Assembly (NCBI GenBank): GCA_009103225.1
Contig: RHPI01002615.1
Coordinates: forward strand, 8,328-72,327
Source of the DNA: Chlorokybus atmophyticus
Lineage: Eukaryota > Plantae > Mesostigma and Chlorokybus algae
Direction of reading: 5' to 3'
DNA: 64,000 nt
Position numbers and translations under genes: made by a program. How positions within the stretch are numbered: position 1 is the stretch's first letter; each line of letters starts with the position of its first letter. Shown here piece by piece: positions 50,553 through 64,000 of the stretch. Below the pieces are notes generated by a model. The model saw only the letters and a program-made list of their open reading frames with translations. It was not told the DNA's origin and did no database searches.

Positions 50553-51541
50553 GAGTTGCTGTATAGCAAGCGCTTGTCGGGAAGGGGCCAGATGCAATTT
50601 GATGTTACACCTTGTTCACAAAATCATAAGTGCAACAGATCACTGGAAGGGTGGACTGGAGTACATCAAATGCAGGACATGCATGCGCATGCACAATGTG
50701 TAGTCCAGTCAGCACGCAGCAACACATGCAAGGTGTCGTACAAATGACATTTAGTTGACCACCGGGCTACTGCTAGCATGCTAATCTACTGCCTCTACCC
50801 CGTTAGACATGCAGCAGTCAATATGCAGTTGGTAATCACCTGCCCACATGGGCGTTGGTTAGTTGTTGGCGCTTTCGGTCACGCAGACAGCATGCACATT
50901 GGCGACCAGGACTCCCCCTCCCTCTCTCCCTGGCTCCGCCTCCTTCCTCGCCCTCTGCTAGCGACGCAGCAGGGTTTGCTGGGTTGTGTCGTAGTTGCGT
51001 TGCACTTGCCGACGTCAGCAGTGCCTGGTCAGTATTGCTGCTGCAACCGTTTGTGCGTAGCCAAGTACGCGCAGCCGCATCCCCTTACATGGCCAGGATT
51101 GGGTTGTTTGCAAATTGAGACATGGGCACAGGCACATGTCTGTGTACCGCTGCGCACTTCGCGCTGCGCTGCTGCCTGCCTGCCTTTTGCATTGTGTATA
51201 AAGCCAGCGCCGTTGGCTACATCGGCTATGCTTGTGAATTGTGGGTCTTGTTGCCTGGGTGTTATTGCAAAAGCCCGCTGCTCCGCCGTGTTCAGCTAGC
51301 TTGCTGTATGCAAACAATGCAGCATAGGACTGCCCGTGCACAGCATACGTGCGTGGCCCTGTGCTTACAATACTTTCACACAACAACTGTTGAACATGGT
51401 CATGACACAGCAAGCTGTTGGCCAGTGTGCAGCACAGTGATATTACACAGTGCAAACCAAATTGTTAGCATACACCCAAGACCGCAGAGGGCGCTGTTTA
51501 CATACTCTGCCTGCTGCATAGCCTGCTTGCACTACAGCAGG

Positions 51542-54211
51542 TTAATCACACTTGATGTTTCGGTAGATTCGCCGCACAAATAACGACGAGCTCAGGTAAC
51601 CAATCGCGCCTGCGAAGATAAACCAAGTTTAAGCCGCAAGCCATGATTACAGCGCAAATACTTCATAAAGCAACCAAAAGCGTGCTTACCGCAGAATGTG
51701 GCCAAGCCAATGCAGAACATGGCAGTGTAGCCGAAGTAGAAGCACGTCTGGAAGAAGCCCGACATCTTCGTCTTCATGAAGAAGTAGTATATGGAATAGA
51801 TGTACACGTAGATTGCCGTGGAAGCCGCAGACCCAAACGATGTCCATTGCCAGTAGTAGTTCTCCGCATTGAGCAGGAAGTAGGTCCCAACAATTGTGAC
51901 GCACGCTGTCACGATCATCAGGATGAAGTAGACCAGCAGCATAAAGCCATACACGTAGTACACCTTGTAGTTCCAGAAGGCCGTGAAGATGAAGTACATC
52001 TCGATGAAGATACTGCCGAAAGGCAACAGTCCACCCATGAGAGACACCACAGTAGGGGTAAGATACCACTTTTTCTTCGGGATGGGTCGAGGAATGGTCT
52101 TAACTCTGCACGGGTTATCCGGGACACCACTCCAATTGCGACCTACAACGGTGCCAAAGAGAGCCAGAGGCAGGCTGATGAAAGCCCACAGCAGGAGCAC
52201 CACGAGCATGGTGCCGAAGGGGATGGCGGCGAGGGAGTGGTAAAATATTGCGATGGTGTTGAGGACGAACGCAATGGCAAAGCACGTGCATGGGAACAGG
52301 CAGGCTGTCAGCAGCATGGCTCTTATCCAGTGCTTGCCGTCACTACGGGAGTAGAACGCCCCGCTCACATAGCCGGCCACAAACGACGTGAAGGCGTAGC
52401 ACACAATAAATGTTGTGACAATCGCCCCCCTGCCGGCCCACAAAGAACCCACAATGGATGAGAGGATGACGCCGAGCACAAGGAGGGCCAACTGCGTGCC
52501 CGTGCCAACCATCGCAGCAAGGAACACCAGATGAGTCGGCGGCCGAAACACGTCTCCGTGCACCAGCTTCCAGCCCGACTCTTCGCTCACGTCCCTTTCG
52601 AGCGTCTCCCAATCGTCCTCTTCACGTGCATAACGCGCATAATCATTGCGAAGCGTTCGCATGAGGATCATCGAGACCAGGCCAGTCAGGAAGATGACCA
52701 TCATGAAGGAGTTGAAGATGCTGAACCAGTGGATCTGGTGCTCAAAAAAGTTGTAATCAAGATATCGCTCGTACCGCTTGGCGAACGGGATGTTCACTGG
52801 AACCCACTTTATGGAATACGTGAAGTCAAGAGTTGTGCCGGGAGTGAGAGGCCTCGGGTCTTCTGAAGACAGGTTGACTTGGATGATCTGCAGGTGCGGG
52901 TATGTTGACTTTGATACACACATGTTACACTGAGCTGTTGACTGCATGCCCATTGTCAGCAAACAACGATGGCCTTAAGCGGACCTTATCACCGTTGTAG
53001 CCGACGTCAAAGCCCTTATGCGTGTAGATGAAGCTCTGAGCGGTGGCAGCTTTCTTCTCATCATCTGCGCCTTCTGCGTCTCCGCCAACATACTCTCCAA
53101 CAAATCCTACATACCACCATATGTCATGACTCAACCACACAAAGGATTTCACATAAAGCTGGGAGCATGCGGCAACAGTGCAGTCCTGTTGAACACACGA
53201 CAGTGGCTTACCCCATATTGGCAATTCGTCTGCGAGCACCATGGTTGAACGACAACAAGCATAGCACGGGTTAGCAAGCTGATGCATCCAGACGCTCAAC
53301 ACTTAGAGTTGTCAACGTCATGTCCCTCACCTAAGAAAAACTCATACCAATACTGATTCTCAATCGCGTATTCGAACTCGCCCGCCTTGGTATCGTCGAG
53401 CATTACTTTGCAAATCTCTGTCTTTGACATATCCTCTGCATGCATCACAGCAGTAAGACATCAAGCATAGCAGTCAAGTGGTGTTCATTCACAACATACC
53501 AAAGGCTAAGTACTCACTTCTAAAGGCGATGGCGAGCTGCGAATCAATGAGCTCGTTGCCTTCGAGGACTTCACCAAGGCCTCCCCATTTATGAATGACG
53601 GCATCCTCCTCGCGCGGGCGGCAGAACGGCAGCTCATAGTAATTGTAAGTCTCTTGCGGGTTCTTGTAAGGGCCGACTTTATTCACCCAAAGCTTCACCA
53701 CCTCCCCCTCAGCATACTGCAGTATTCCATGCACAGCACACAGGTCAGTACCTATGCTACTCAACTCAGCTGTAGCTCGACATCTTTGATTTTGTTGGAG
53801 ACTAACAGCCGTAGCGTTCATGATAATGTCAACAACACAGCAAAGTGTCTAAGCAGTGGGTAAAGCATGCAAACCTATCAGCTGGCAGATGATACTATAC
53901 AGTAGTGTACCACCGTTGAGTGTCCACATGCAGCAATGCACATGCCTTGGAAACCAAAAGCAACGCCTCCTCTACGACGCCAACATTGGAATATGAGCTC
54001 GTTTTGCAACAATGCTCAAGAGATGATCAATGCAGTATTTGAGAAGGCAAACTTCATGTTTGGCTGCTGGAGCACTGTAGCAACAAGGCAAGAGCTGCTC
54101 TCGCACCCTGTGGCTGTACTCATCAGCAGCGGCGGGCGCAATCAGAGCCGCAAGCGCAACCGTTGCAAAGATAACTAGCAGCAGCGCCGACCGGCGCCCC
54201 CGCCTCAACAT
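51542..54211 (-). CDS. TM9SF3: Transmembrane 9 superfamily protein (TM9SF3/TMN1-like, endomembrane protein 70)
   Basis: Signal peptide MLRRGRRSALLL...AAADEYSHR, LWVNKVGPYKNPQETYNYY, EHQIHWFSIFNSF, GWKLVHGDVFRPP, multiple TM helices, C-terminal NIKCD (KxD/E Golgi signal). Confidence 0.96.
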
Positions 54212-54731
54212 CCTCCTGCTCGTCAACTCCGCCGCCTCCACTGTACTGGCAGCTCTACCTGGCAGAGCGTATGGCCTAACCCGTCCCTGGTCACTCCGTC
54301 ATCCAGGTAAGGCAAGGTTTCAGCTGAGACCTGCTGTCCAAGCTGAGCTGCTGGTCCTACCTCACCTCCTCCTCGGCCTCCGCCGCCGCCGCCGCCCGCC
54401 CGGCCAGGCTAGAGTCTACTGGCAGACCCTAGTCGGTTGTTGGTGCAGTGAGCGTCATCTCGTTACGACACCGTAACCAATTTCGGGCTCGGAAGACGTA
54501 ATCGACGGCGGAGCCGGTGGGCGTAACTGAATCAAGTCGTAACCGACTCACAACAACAAATATAGCAACAGCGACAGCAACATGGCTTAGGCGGAGGCGG
54601 AGGAGGCGGCGAAGGACGCGGGAGGCAGGCTTTGCACGTCTTTCTTCTGGATGTCGCTGAAAGGTGGGAGCGGTGAATTTGGTGTTTGAGGAGCTGAAGC
54701 GGGTTGCTTTGGGTTGGGCGAGCTGTGGGCT

Positions 54732-57308
54732 ATGGCAGCTCCAGCTGCTGGAGGGGCTGTTGGGCAGCAGCAGCAGCCCATGGAGGAGAGGTGGGCGTTC
54801 ACGGCGGAGTGGTTGGACCCCATGAGTGGCGTGACGTGGCACTACCAGCTGCTCTTCTGGCCCGCGGACTCGTCGCTGGAGATGGTAGGTTGGGTGACAC
54901 AGACGTTTGTTCGTTGTACACACTGGCTTGTTCTTGCCACAGAACAGCTGCAGTGTGCCACAGAGCGCTAGCAGAGTTGAGTGGCGTTATTGTCTTGACG
55001 TATCCGCAATTGAATGGGACAGCAGTTTTTTTTCTGTCGAGAAAGACTTGAGAGGCCAGAAGCGCTGTACTTGAACTTGCAGATGCAGTGTTCAGGTTGG
55101 CTGCCTCCTTCCTTGTGTCAAGGGATAGGAGTGGATGAGTAGAGCTTAGTCGTTGCTACTATCTTGATTGCTGCGGTTAGAAGCATCTGCGAGCCGTACT
55201 CCACGTGTGTGAACTTTTGCAAGTCTGCTAAAGTTTGTAGCAGCAAATAGCGTGGCTTGAGCTCAAGCAGTTGTAGCAGTTTTAGCCAGGGCAAAACAAT
55301 TGATGTTGTCATGTCATGGAGGATGAGGAGGCTCTAGAGGGGGGTTGTGTGGTGCAGAGTTTATTGATAGTGTGTGAGGAAGCTGGCTTGAGTGGTCATG
55401 GCAGCAACAAGGGTAGGATACACACTGATCATGAGCATGCACTGCGATAGTGAGGCTAAGAGAGGGAAAAGAGTGACAAGGGGGACCAGAGCACAGCAAG
55501 GATGCAGGCGCTGCGGGCAGCCAACGTGCTGCTAGTTTCACGAGCAGCTGCTGCAGCCGGAGCAGACAGGCTTGCATTGGCATGCAGCCCTGCTCACTGC
55601 ACCCTACCCTGTCATACGCACAACCATTCTCGCCCTGACGATTATCCCGTGGGTCTTCTCGGTGTTCCCTCGGTCAGTCTTCCCCTCAAACCCTTTTACA
55701 TGTGACAACCTCTGTGGCTTCGTGCCTGTCCTTTACTGTCCTCTTCTCCACAACTGTGCTGTTGCTTCCTTGCTGTTGTGTTGGACGGAAGCTACAGGCA
55801 TAGCCAAGAGACTGACTATGTCCTTTGCATGCAGTTTGATGTCAAGAATCGGCGGGTGTTTCTGAAGCGCTGTGAGTATCCTTCCGTGCAGAAGGAGCAC
55901 GTGTTTGTTGGGTCGGCTGTATCTGTGTACGCCCGCCACTTGAAGCTCACAGGATATGCTGATGAGTACACGCGAAAGCGACTGACCATGCAAAGCGAGA
56001 GGTGGGTTTGTTATGGCGTTGCTATTAGCTTGCCGCAAGGTATCTGTTTATTTACCATGGTCTTTCCTTACAGGACTCTTGGTCTTGTTAAGCCTGATGC
56101 TTTGAAGCATCTGGGCAAGATTCTGGATGCGGCATACTCCAGTGGCTTCACCATTGGCCACATGCGCATGTGCCGTCTGGCCCTTGATGATGCCAAGGCG
56201 TTCTATGCCGTGCATACCGGCAAGAGCTTCTACCAGTAAGCTTAGGCATTTTCAATTGATAGCCTGTGCAGTGCTTGGCTGGATATTCACTGACGGATTT
56301 TTATCACCATCGCAGGGGCCTTACCGAGTTCATCTCAAGTGGAAGGATTGTAGCAATGGAGTTGATTGCAACAGATGCGGTGCAGCGGTGGCGAAACCTC
56401 ATTGGTAAGCATATCCCAGTCACACATGGCTTGCCCCTATCAGATTGGCTGATGACGATGCACTGGAACATACAGTTGTAAGCATGCTCAGGTATGAATT
56501 GGTTGAACATGAATTGCTGTAACAGGGCCGACAAGCACCATGACCGCAAGGCAGTCAGCGCCTCAGAGTCTGCGAGCACATTACGGCACAGATGAGAGGC
56601 GGAACGCGTGTCATGGATCAGACTCGCCGTCATCAGCGCAGCAAGAACTGGACTTTTTCTTTGGTCCCGCCACGAGGCTCGCACAGGGAGCGTACGCGTC
56701 TGGATCAGATCCGCGCTGCTCGTGTGTCATTGTCAAGCCCCACGCACTTCTTGAAGGCCACGCCGGAGCCATTATCGATGCTGTGCTTAGCAGATATGAC
56801 GTCACTGCCTTGGAGATGTTCAAGCTCGATCGTCCGCGGGCTTCAGAGTTCCTTGAAGTGTATCGTGGTGTCGTACCAGAATACAGCGTGAGTGTGCTGC
56901 TTGCAACTGTGCTGCAAACCAACAGTTAGTCATTGATGTCCAAGCTGACAAAGTGATACGTTGCTCCAGGCAATGGTTGAGGAATTGACCTCAGGTCCTT
57001 GCATTGTGATGGAAGTGCGGCCGCAAGAGAGGGAAGCAAGTAATGCACATGAGTCCGTGAGGGCTCTGTGCGGGCCCTCTGATGCGGAGATTGCACGGGC
57101 ATTGCGGCCTGACACTCTTCGTGCGCTCTACGGCAAGGATAAGGTGCGTTGTGTGGTTTGTTGCTGGCACGCGGGAACAAGGTTGTGGCCTACTTGTTTC
57201 TGATGTTCGCCTTGTCATCAGGTGCGCAATGCGGTGCATTGTACTGACCTTCCAGAGGACGGGCCGCTTGAAGTCAGCTACTTTTTCAACCTGATGCAGC
57301 ATGCTTAG
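54732..57308 (+). CDS. NME7: Nucleoside diphosphate kinase 7 (DM10 domain + two NDK domains)
   Basis: DM10 domain WAFTAEWLDP...YQLLFWPADSSLEM / FDVKNRRVFLKR. NDK-A LVKPDA...RRNACHGSDS; NDK-B IVKPHA...VRNAVHCTDLPED. Seven exons. Confidence 0.94.
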
Positions 57309-58167
57309 GCCCCAAACCCTGTACAATACACCTTAGGTAGTCTAACATTATCACCAGTAGATGAAGCTACTGGAGAACCAACCAGACCTTTGACATATCC
57401 AGAGCACTTAGTTAGGAGCTCGTGGGCAGCAGTGCACAGTTGTGTGGCTGCAAGTGAGGCCTGAAAAAGATGATCATCATCCTCTGCGCCTAGGTTCAGG
57501 TTATGCAATAGCAGATGCCAAGTACATGCATGCATTGTCTCATACATATGCAATGCACTACCAGCATTCGGGTTATGTCATGACTGATGGTAACAGTTAT
57601 GAGGTGGGATGCAACACAATTCGTAAGATGAATAAATCGCGGTGGTAATGCAACGGTGCTGCGACCATGCATGACTTGTACCCTATGCATAGCGGTCTAG
57701 GCTGGGCCGGTGCAGCTTCTCTGTAAGTCTGCGCCGCTTCATTCAAGGCATACTGCCACTTTTTTTGGGTGGCGGCACAGATTCAGCTAATGGATTAATA
57801 CATTTTCCATACCACAAGCATATGCGCATAAGTGATCATGCTTCTGTTGTCATACTCCAAGCTGTTTTGTGATGTGTTGCACTGCTGCCAATGCCGAAGC
57901 ACATCACATTGATAACAGTCCAATCTTCTCACACCTTTGCTGCAACACAACTCAAATTGACTACACAGTCGAACCCTACTGTCTGCAGAAATCACGTAGG
58001 CCCCAATAAAGCACCTGGCAACGCGTATCTATACACTAGCTAACAAAACAAAGCCTTCTGTGGCTTTGCATGTAACACATGGGGCCTTGTACACATATCA
58101 CCTGCATGTACTCATCTGAATCCCATCCAATTCGTTCCAAGTCATTGCTTTCTCAGTGTCCCTAATC

Positions 58168-60533
58168 TTATGCCTCCTTTCTTGCAACCACGTAGAAAGT
58201 CTCGCTGGAAGTGCCCTCCTTATTCTTGTACCTCCCAAAGCTAGCCTGGGAATCACCAAGCTGGACCAAAGAAACAGAACCATACAGAGAGCAAATGAGT
58301 GTGCGTTTCTGTTTGATAGTGTAGACGGAGTGCCTCTGCACGTGTGAACTCGTCAAGAGCCACGACATTCACAGCAGCAAGCCACCAATGCATGCCTGCA
58401 CACACACACGCGCACATGCACGTGCGTACACAATTGCTCACCAGGGCCACGTTAGGCTGGCTCCAGCCCCTTTCTGCCACATAAGCACCGGGATCATCGC
58501 TGCCGAATGTCCATGTGCGTGCAAGCTCCATCTCGCTGTTGCGCGAGCGTGCAATCGCCCTGGCCGAAGGCTGCGGATTGCAACAATTTAGCAAAGCCAA
58601 CTATTCAAGCAACCGACCATCAGCACGCCAGGATACTGTGCATGTGAGCAAGTGCGGCATCAACACATTGCTTACAAAGTGAGCGACCAGGACAGAACCG
58701 GGAGCTGATATCCGAGCTGCGGTCCTAACTATGCTGTCCACTGCTTCAGGGCTTAGATACCTGTGACAGTATCGACATCAGCAACTACACAAACAACAAT
58801 AGACAAGCAGCAAGTAACCGGTCAACCTGTCAACACTGGCATCAACGCATCTTGCCAGAGTTACAAGCTAAAGCTGAGCAGCAAGCACTGTTGTAAGCAA
58901 ACAAACAGGCAGACCACACAGGCTGAAAAAGTGCCAATCTCCGCCTGTTTACTGTTGAAAAAGTGCGTGTCAGTAGAAAAATGCGCGCAAACAACCATTT
59001 GCATTCTGTCCTTCCCTTGCCCTTTAGTGTAAGTGCAAGTTCGTGTCAATCAGAGCTGAACAAGACACAGACATACAAGTGAACTCCAATGTAAGTGTCG
59101 ACAGTATCTGCTGTGTACTAAGTTCTCACATGAACAGGCCTTCAGACACCCAGACAGTGCGCCGCTGCGGCTCAAACCCCGCACGCATGAGCTTGTCCTC
59201 CCATCCAGGCACCAGAAGGTCCAGCGACAGCGTGCGGCGCTCTTGCGCCAATGACAGCGTGGGCTTGAATGGGAGCTGCTCAATGCAAATAGCTCAAGGA
59301 AGGTGCGGAACAGACTTTCACAGAACGTTGATTATGTCTGCATGTTTACGTGTGCATGCGCAGTTGTGCTTGCATGCATGCATCTCTTTGCTTGTCTGAG
59401 AGTGTGCGCCTGCAACTATGTGCATGTGCATGCATGTCTGCGTGTGCCTGCATGGACGCATGCGTGCGTGCCTGTACATATGCATATGCGTGCATATACG
59501 TGTACGTGCTTACTGTTTGAAGCATCGACTCCTTGGCTGCCAGCACCTTCTCCTGGTCAACCTCAAACAGCACATTCGCAAGGAAACTGCACAGGAGAAG
59601 CAGTACACGTTGTGGATGTACTCGCAACCTCGCACAACCTCACGAATTACGTGCAACCATATCAGTCCTGAGAAGCAACTCACCTTTGTTGGCAAGCGGC
59701 ATTGTCTCCTGCTGTTGAAGGAGCTGGCAACCTCCAGGCTCTAGAATCCATGCCGGCACCAAGCATGACCAGCTGGCATGAAGAAGCGCTTGTTGATTGT
59801 GTGTCAGTGCCTTGTTCTCCTTTGAGTGCAGCTAGAATGGCGTCGTCAAAATACTTCGTGCGCACAGCTATCCTCGCCATAGCTGTCACACAATTAACAC
59901 AAGCATCTGGTAAGATGGCAGCAACAACAACAACGACACTACGACGACGACAGCAGCAGCACTGACATTGACCACAAACACACATCAACCATACAAACAA
60001 CTGCAAAGACCACAAAACAACAACTACAATCACCACTACCACTACCACAATCACAACTCTCAAACATCAGGCCTGTCTCTTGCCCCTTGCTTTCTCTCTC
60101 CTGGTGCTTACCGTCGTGTGTGTATGCTTGGCCGGCGTTCGCTTCTCGCATGGCTGCTGCACCAGCGAAGTGCACCGCCAGCGGGTCGACGAACAAGCGG
60201 TCGTCGGGGCTGCGGGCGCTCTCCACCGCGCGGTAGGCGGCGATCAGACGTGAAGAAAAGGGAACCACGCCTGGAAGCATGCATGCAGTTGAGTTAGCAT
60301 AAGGTGTACGCTAACAGCGACAACGACAACCACGGCTACCATGACAAGGACAGCTACCAAAGGCTGCGCAACGACCGTGCCAACAAGCAAGCAAGCAAGC
60401 AAGCCAGGAAGCGAGCAAGCAAGGAACAATGCAAGGTGCCTCGCTCACTCTCCAGCCCGCCATAGGGGTCCAGCTGCTGCTTCTGCTCCTCGTGGCCCAC
60501 TGCAGGGCCAGCAGGGGCGGCTGCCTGAGCCAT
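58168..60533 (-). CDS. SAM-dependent methyltransferase, leucine carboxyl methyltransferase (LCM) family
   Basis: SRLIAAYRAVES...LFVDPLAVHFAG, IAVRTKYFDD, QLVMLGAGMDSRAWRL, LFEVDQ, WVSEGLFMYL, FGSDDP. Probable first exon from ATG 60533 spliced to 60270. Confidence 0.87.
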
Positions 60534-61024
60534 GTCGTGCTCCTCCTGCTTGTCCTCCTCTTCTTCCTCCTCCTCCTCCTGCTGCAGCGCCCTTCTCTAC
60601 CGTTCACGCCACCACAATGCCACGGCGTTGTTTTCTCTCGTGTCATAATGCTTGTGGATGGTGAACACTTTTCACCATGCGAATTCTCACTGATAGCCAA
60701 CTCACTGAAAAGCACGCGGCTTGGGCTGGAGCGGACACGTGGGGGGTTTGCACGGCTGCGCCGGAACACAAAGATTCAGTACTGATGTAGGTATCAACTT
60801 GATAGTATCAAGCGCCCTACAGAATGGTACCGTTACATGATTGAATGATGGTTTTTGATACGGTACCAAGGTGGTACCATCGATGTCATCAGAAACATCA
60901 GCCATGTGTATGGGTGTATTTGTATATACACATGATGTTAAACACATCATGTTATGACAATGCTATAACGTATGTATATCTGTACAATGGGTCACAAATG
61001 TAGCAAATACTTAAGCCACACCCT

Positions 61025-61349
61025 GTATACATGCATAAGATATATGTATACATCATTGTACATATCTATTATTCATACATATACACAATAATATGCGAAT
61101 TTATACACATATATATACACACATATATATGTGTATATATATATATGTATATATATGCATATTTATATGCAATGTAACACATGTAAACATACATAATATA
61201 TACATATTTGTGAATTTATGATATAAACTATTACATGTACATATTGTGCTAGTCTGCTATACATTTGTAAGCGCGTACACATATGTATATACATAGTAAT
61301 ATGTATACGTGTATGTATGTATATAAAAGTATATATATGTAATTATATA
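61025..61349. repeat. AT-rich (TA/CA)n low-complexity tract
   Basis: Degenerate TATATA/CACATA repeats. Confidence 0.85.
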
Positions 61350-63103
61350 GCGGATTCCCTCGATCTGAGCACAAGATGAGCTTTACGCAAGGTCAACTTG
61401 CAATAGTCACAATGTGCTTACTTCGAAGGTCTCAGGCCTCGTTGTAACACAACATAGTGGTGACCAACGATGTGCTTAGATCGAGGGCAGACTGTATGTG
61501 TATGTAAGCATATATGTATCTGCATGTGCATGTTTGTGTACATAGCATATACGTCGTACACATGTGTATATACAAATGTGTGTATATAAATACACGTATA
61601 ATTAATGCATTTTTACTCCGTTGCCCTCTTTGTAATCACAGACGGCTTTTATGGAGGGTGCTTACATGCAGTGTGATAGTGCTTGAATGGGGAAGGGGTG
61701 ATTTGCGTGGTGCACGTTGTTTCCCAAAAAGAATGTGCTCAGGTCGAGATTGTGTTTGCAACGAGAGTGATAACAAGGAGGTTGTACTGTAACAACTTAT
61801 GCCACCTTAGCTGCGGGTGTCATGCCTAAAAGGCAAGGCTTTACTCGTTCGCATGTATTGCTTGCTATAGCATAGCTTGATAGTTGAATGCAGATGACTG
61901 CTGCTTTCATGTGTGTGTACAATGCACAGTGTTCCGGTTTTGCAACCAGCCTCTAAGCCCAAGGGCCTTAGGCAAGAAACTGTACAAGTGCTGAAAGGAG
62001 CCAGCACAGGGCCAACCAGTGCGCAGTCACATGATGTAATGTGACATGCCATGTTGCCTCATGTGAGGACAACCCCACGTTGATATCATCCGCGTAAGGG
62101 TGCTTTGCTAATTTTAAGGCAAGCAGGCATTGAGCAGTCAAGCGATGTGTTTGACTATTAACTCTACAGCCCAAGGTGGCGGACCATATGAATGAGGTCA
62201 GCACGTGTGGTAAAGAGGACACTTCAAGTAGTAGCTAGCTGGATAAGAAGCTGCACCTCTGCTGCCAACATGTGGCCATGTGGGAAGACAGGAGATAGGA
62301 GTATATAAGGACATTGCTGGCAGTGTCCAGACAAATCACATGTGTGGGACTCCTTATGCTCACTACTGTGTGAGGGGTGCTTGGCGGTAGCTGTTCAAGA
62401 GGCCTTCCCCCTGCCCTATGTTGGATAGGCTGTGAGCTGTGGTGGGAGCGGTGTGCAAAGAAAGACCGGAGAACAGCCTTCTTCACGGGTGAGTCTTTAG
62501 GAGCCTGCCTTGAAGAGAAGGACGTAGGACATCCCCTGCTCGTCGCAAATTCTACACGGTGACTGACTAAGGACTGAGGGACTGACGGGTGCATGAGCCT
62601 GCCTCAACGTGCCTGCCGCTGCCTGAAATGTTACTTTTGGAATATTGGGTTTGCCGTTGGCTTGAGTGGAGCGACGCAGACGGCTGCGGGTCGAAAGTGG
62701 CTGTCAGTGGCACTGACCGGCCGAGAGTTGTCAACCAGTTACTCCTTGGTCGATGTGCACAGACGGCCGTTAGCCGGTAGTTACGGACAGCTGACAGCAA
62801 TATACGGCAGTTTCTTTGCCGTTACACTGCTGTTAATATGTGACCCTTACCGTTTGACAAAAGTTGGCAATTCTTGCCGTAAGCTAACACCAACACGCCA
62901 TGCAGCTTGTAAAAACTTTAGACTGATTATTTGGTCTTGCACTTATAAGCCTACAATATATACAACATACCGGCAGTGGTGAGAGTATGTCCACTTGCAA
63001 CTGAACAGCCGACTTGCGCATGAAACTACCCTATAACATTGAGTCTAGCTGTCGCACTCATGCGCAGCTTGTCAACTTGTGGTGGATGCCTCAGAACTCC
63101 TCC

Positions 63104-64000
63104 TTAAACCCCCTCCTCCTGTTCCTCCTCCGGCAAGTCTTCTGCTTCAACATCGGAGTCATCTTCATCTGCTGCCTCGCTCGCTGACAGTACAGCGGCT
63201 ACTTTGTCCTTCAGCTCGAATGTCAGCGCCTCGCCGTGCACGCGCATGCGCTTGATGGTCGCTTTGAGAGTGACCACCTGCATTTGGTAAAGCTGTAAGA
63301 GTGGCGTGCTGCCAGAGGACTAGCCTATCAGCATACACATGCTTACCTCGTCTTCCGCTTTGTTGCACTCCGCCAGGCAGACACTCAGCCTGCCGCGCTG
63401 CTCTCGGTTTACTCTGACCAACATGGCAGTCTGCAAGCATACTGCTTAATTGCCGCTGAAAACATTAAACTAGGTCATGGATTACCCGTTCGTGGTACTC
63501 CGCAGCTTCTCTTTTGCGACTTGTGAGCTCCCGTAAGTAGAAATAGGCTGTGCATTTGCGACATTAGTCATGCTGTTCATGTGCATGACACTGGAGGCTT
63601 TGCATGAGGGTGTGCATGTGGTATTGACAGTGTATGTCATGTGCAAGATACTTGAGGCTGTGCATGTGCAAGATAAAGAACCCTAGCATGTGGCATTGAC
63701 AATGCATCGTAACCCACCTTGGTTATGCCAGTCTTGTTTGGTCCCTTCGATTATGTCGCCATGGTCGCAGTTGCTGGTGGGTCGGATGTTCTTAGAGGCG
63801 ATATTGTGGTGTGCCTTTGCCCACTCGGATGGGGAGCCCTGTAAGATATCGCCCAAGTCACTGTTGTCATTGACTGTGCCCTTGGTAGGCATGGTGGGGT
63901 TTAACACCTTGGACACCCCACCGGCACCTTGCCCGCCCTGTGCAAAGATGGATTCATCCCGGACCTCGACCACAGTGCCCACTACGCCCCTGGCAGCGCC
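63104..64000 (-). CDS. 3' part of an unidentified coiled-coil protein with acidic tail
   Basis: Four exons join in consistent phase via GT-AG introns: ...EGTKQDWHNQ / AYFYLRELTSRKREAAEYHER / TAMLVRVNREQRGRLSVCLAECNKAEDE / VVTLKATIKRMRVHGEALTFELKDKV...EEEQEEGV-stop (TAA 63104-63106). Family not recognised. Confidence 0.65.

Noticed and set aside
51643-52461. 272-aa plus-strand ORF
   Set aside because: Antisense to the large TM9SF exon.
61800-62600. Possible minus-strand gene, including KALGLRGWLQNRN reminiscent of acylphosphatase
   Set aside because: No phase-consistent model without weak or too-short introns. The QGVGFR signature is absent, and the putative start overlaps a dispersed repeat.
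1-64000. tRNA, rRNA, 5S-bearing Cassandra LTRs and CRISPR arrays
   Set aside because: No T-loop consensus, rRNA or 5S similarity, or repeat-spacer array was seen by eye. A tRNAscan-SE or Infernal run would be needed to exclude small RNAs.

Overview
Eukaryotic nuclear DNA with many GT-AG introns, most likely from a flagellate green alga. An early-diverging streptophyte is my inference, because plant-type TML, RUK, C53, CDPK and SERAT occur together with the flagellar genes DRC9 and NME7. Bases 1-8.7 kb are a retrotransposon nest: a degenerate, 5'-truncated Ty3/Gypsy chromovirus (3250-~8726) is fused head-to-head with an inverted ~2 kb copy of its own protease-RT-RNaseH region (606-3249). That copy carries a nested solo LTR with a 5-bp TSD and is cut on the left by another LTR end. 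After an N-gap (8906-9207) come 13 multi-exon genes: SERAT, a glycine-rich RRM protein, DRC9, CDPK, RUK/ULK4, CDK5RAP3/C53, a conserved plant membrane protein, TML, a cyanobacterial-type plastid protein, TM9SF, NME7, an LCM-type methyltransferase and a partial coiled-coil gene. A solo LTR, a complete 485-bp TRIM and a TA-flanked MITE lie between them. The most notable signals are the giant retroelement inverted repeat (possible hairpin-RNA silencing locus), the chromovirus-related TRIM upstream of TML, dense GTAC clusters in upstream regions, a sense-strand TTAGGGTT motif before five genes, and five shuffled-AIM repeats in C53. Family assignments are from motif recognition by eye; no database searches were run.
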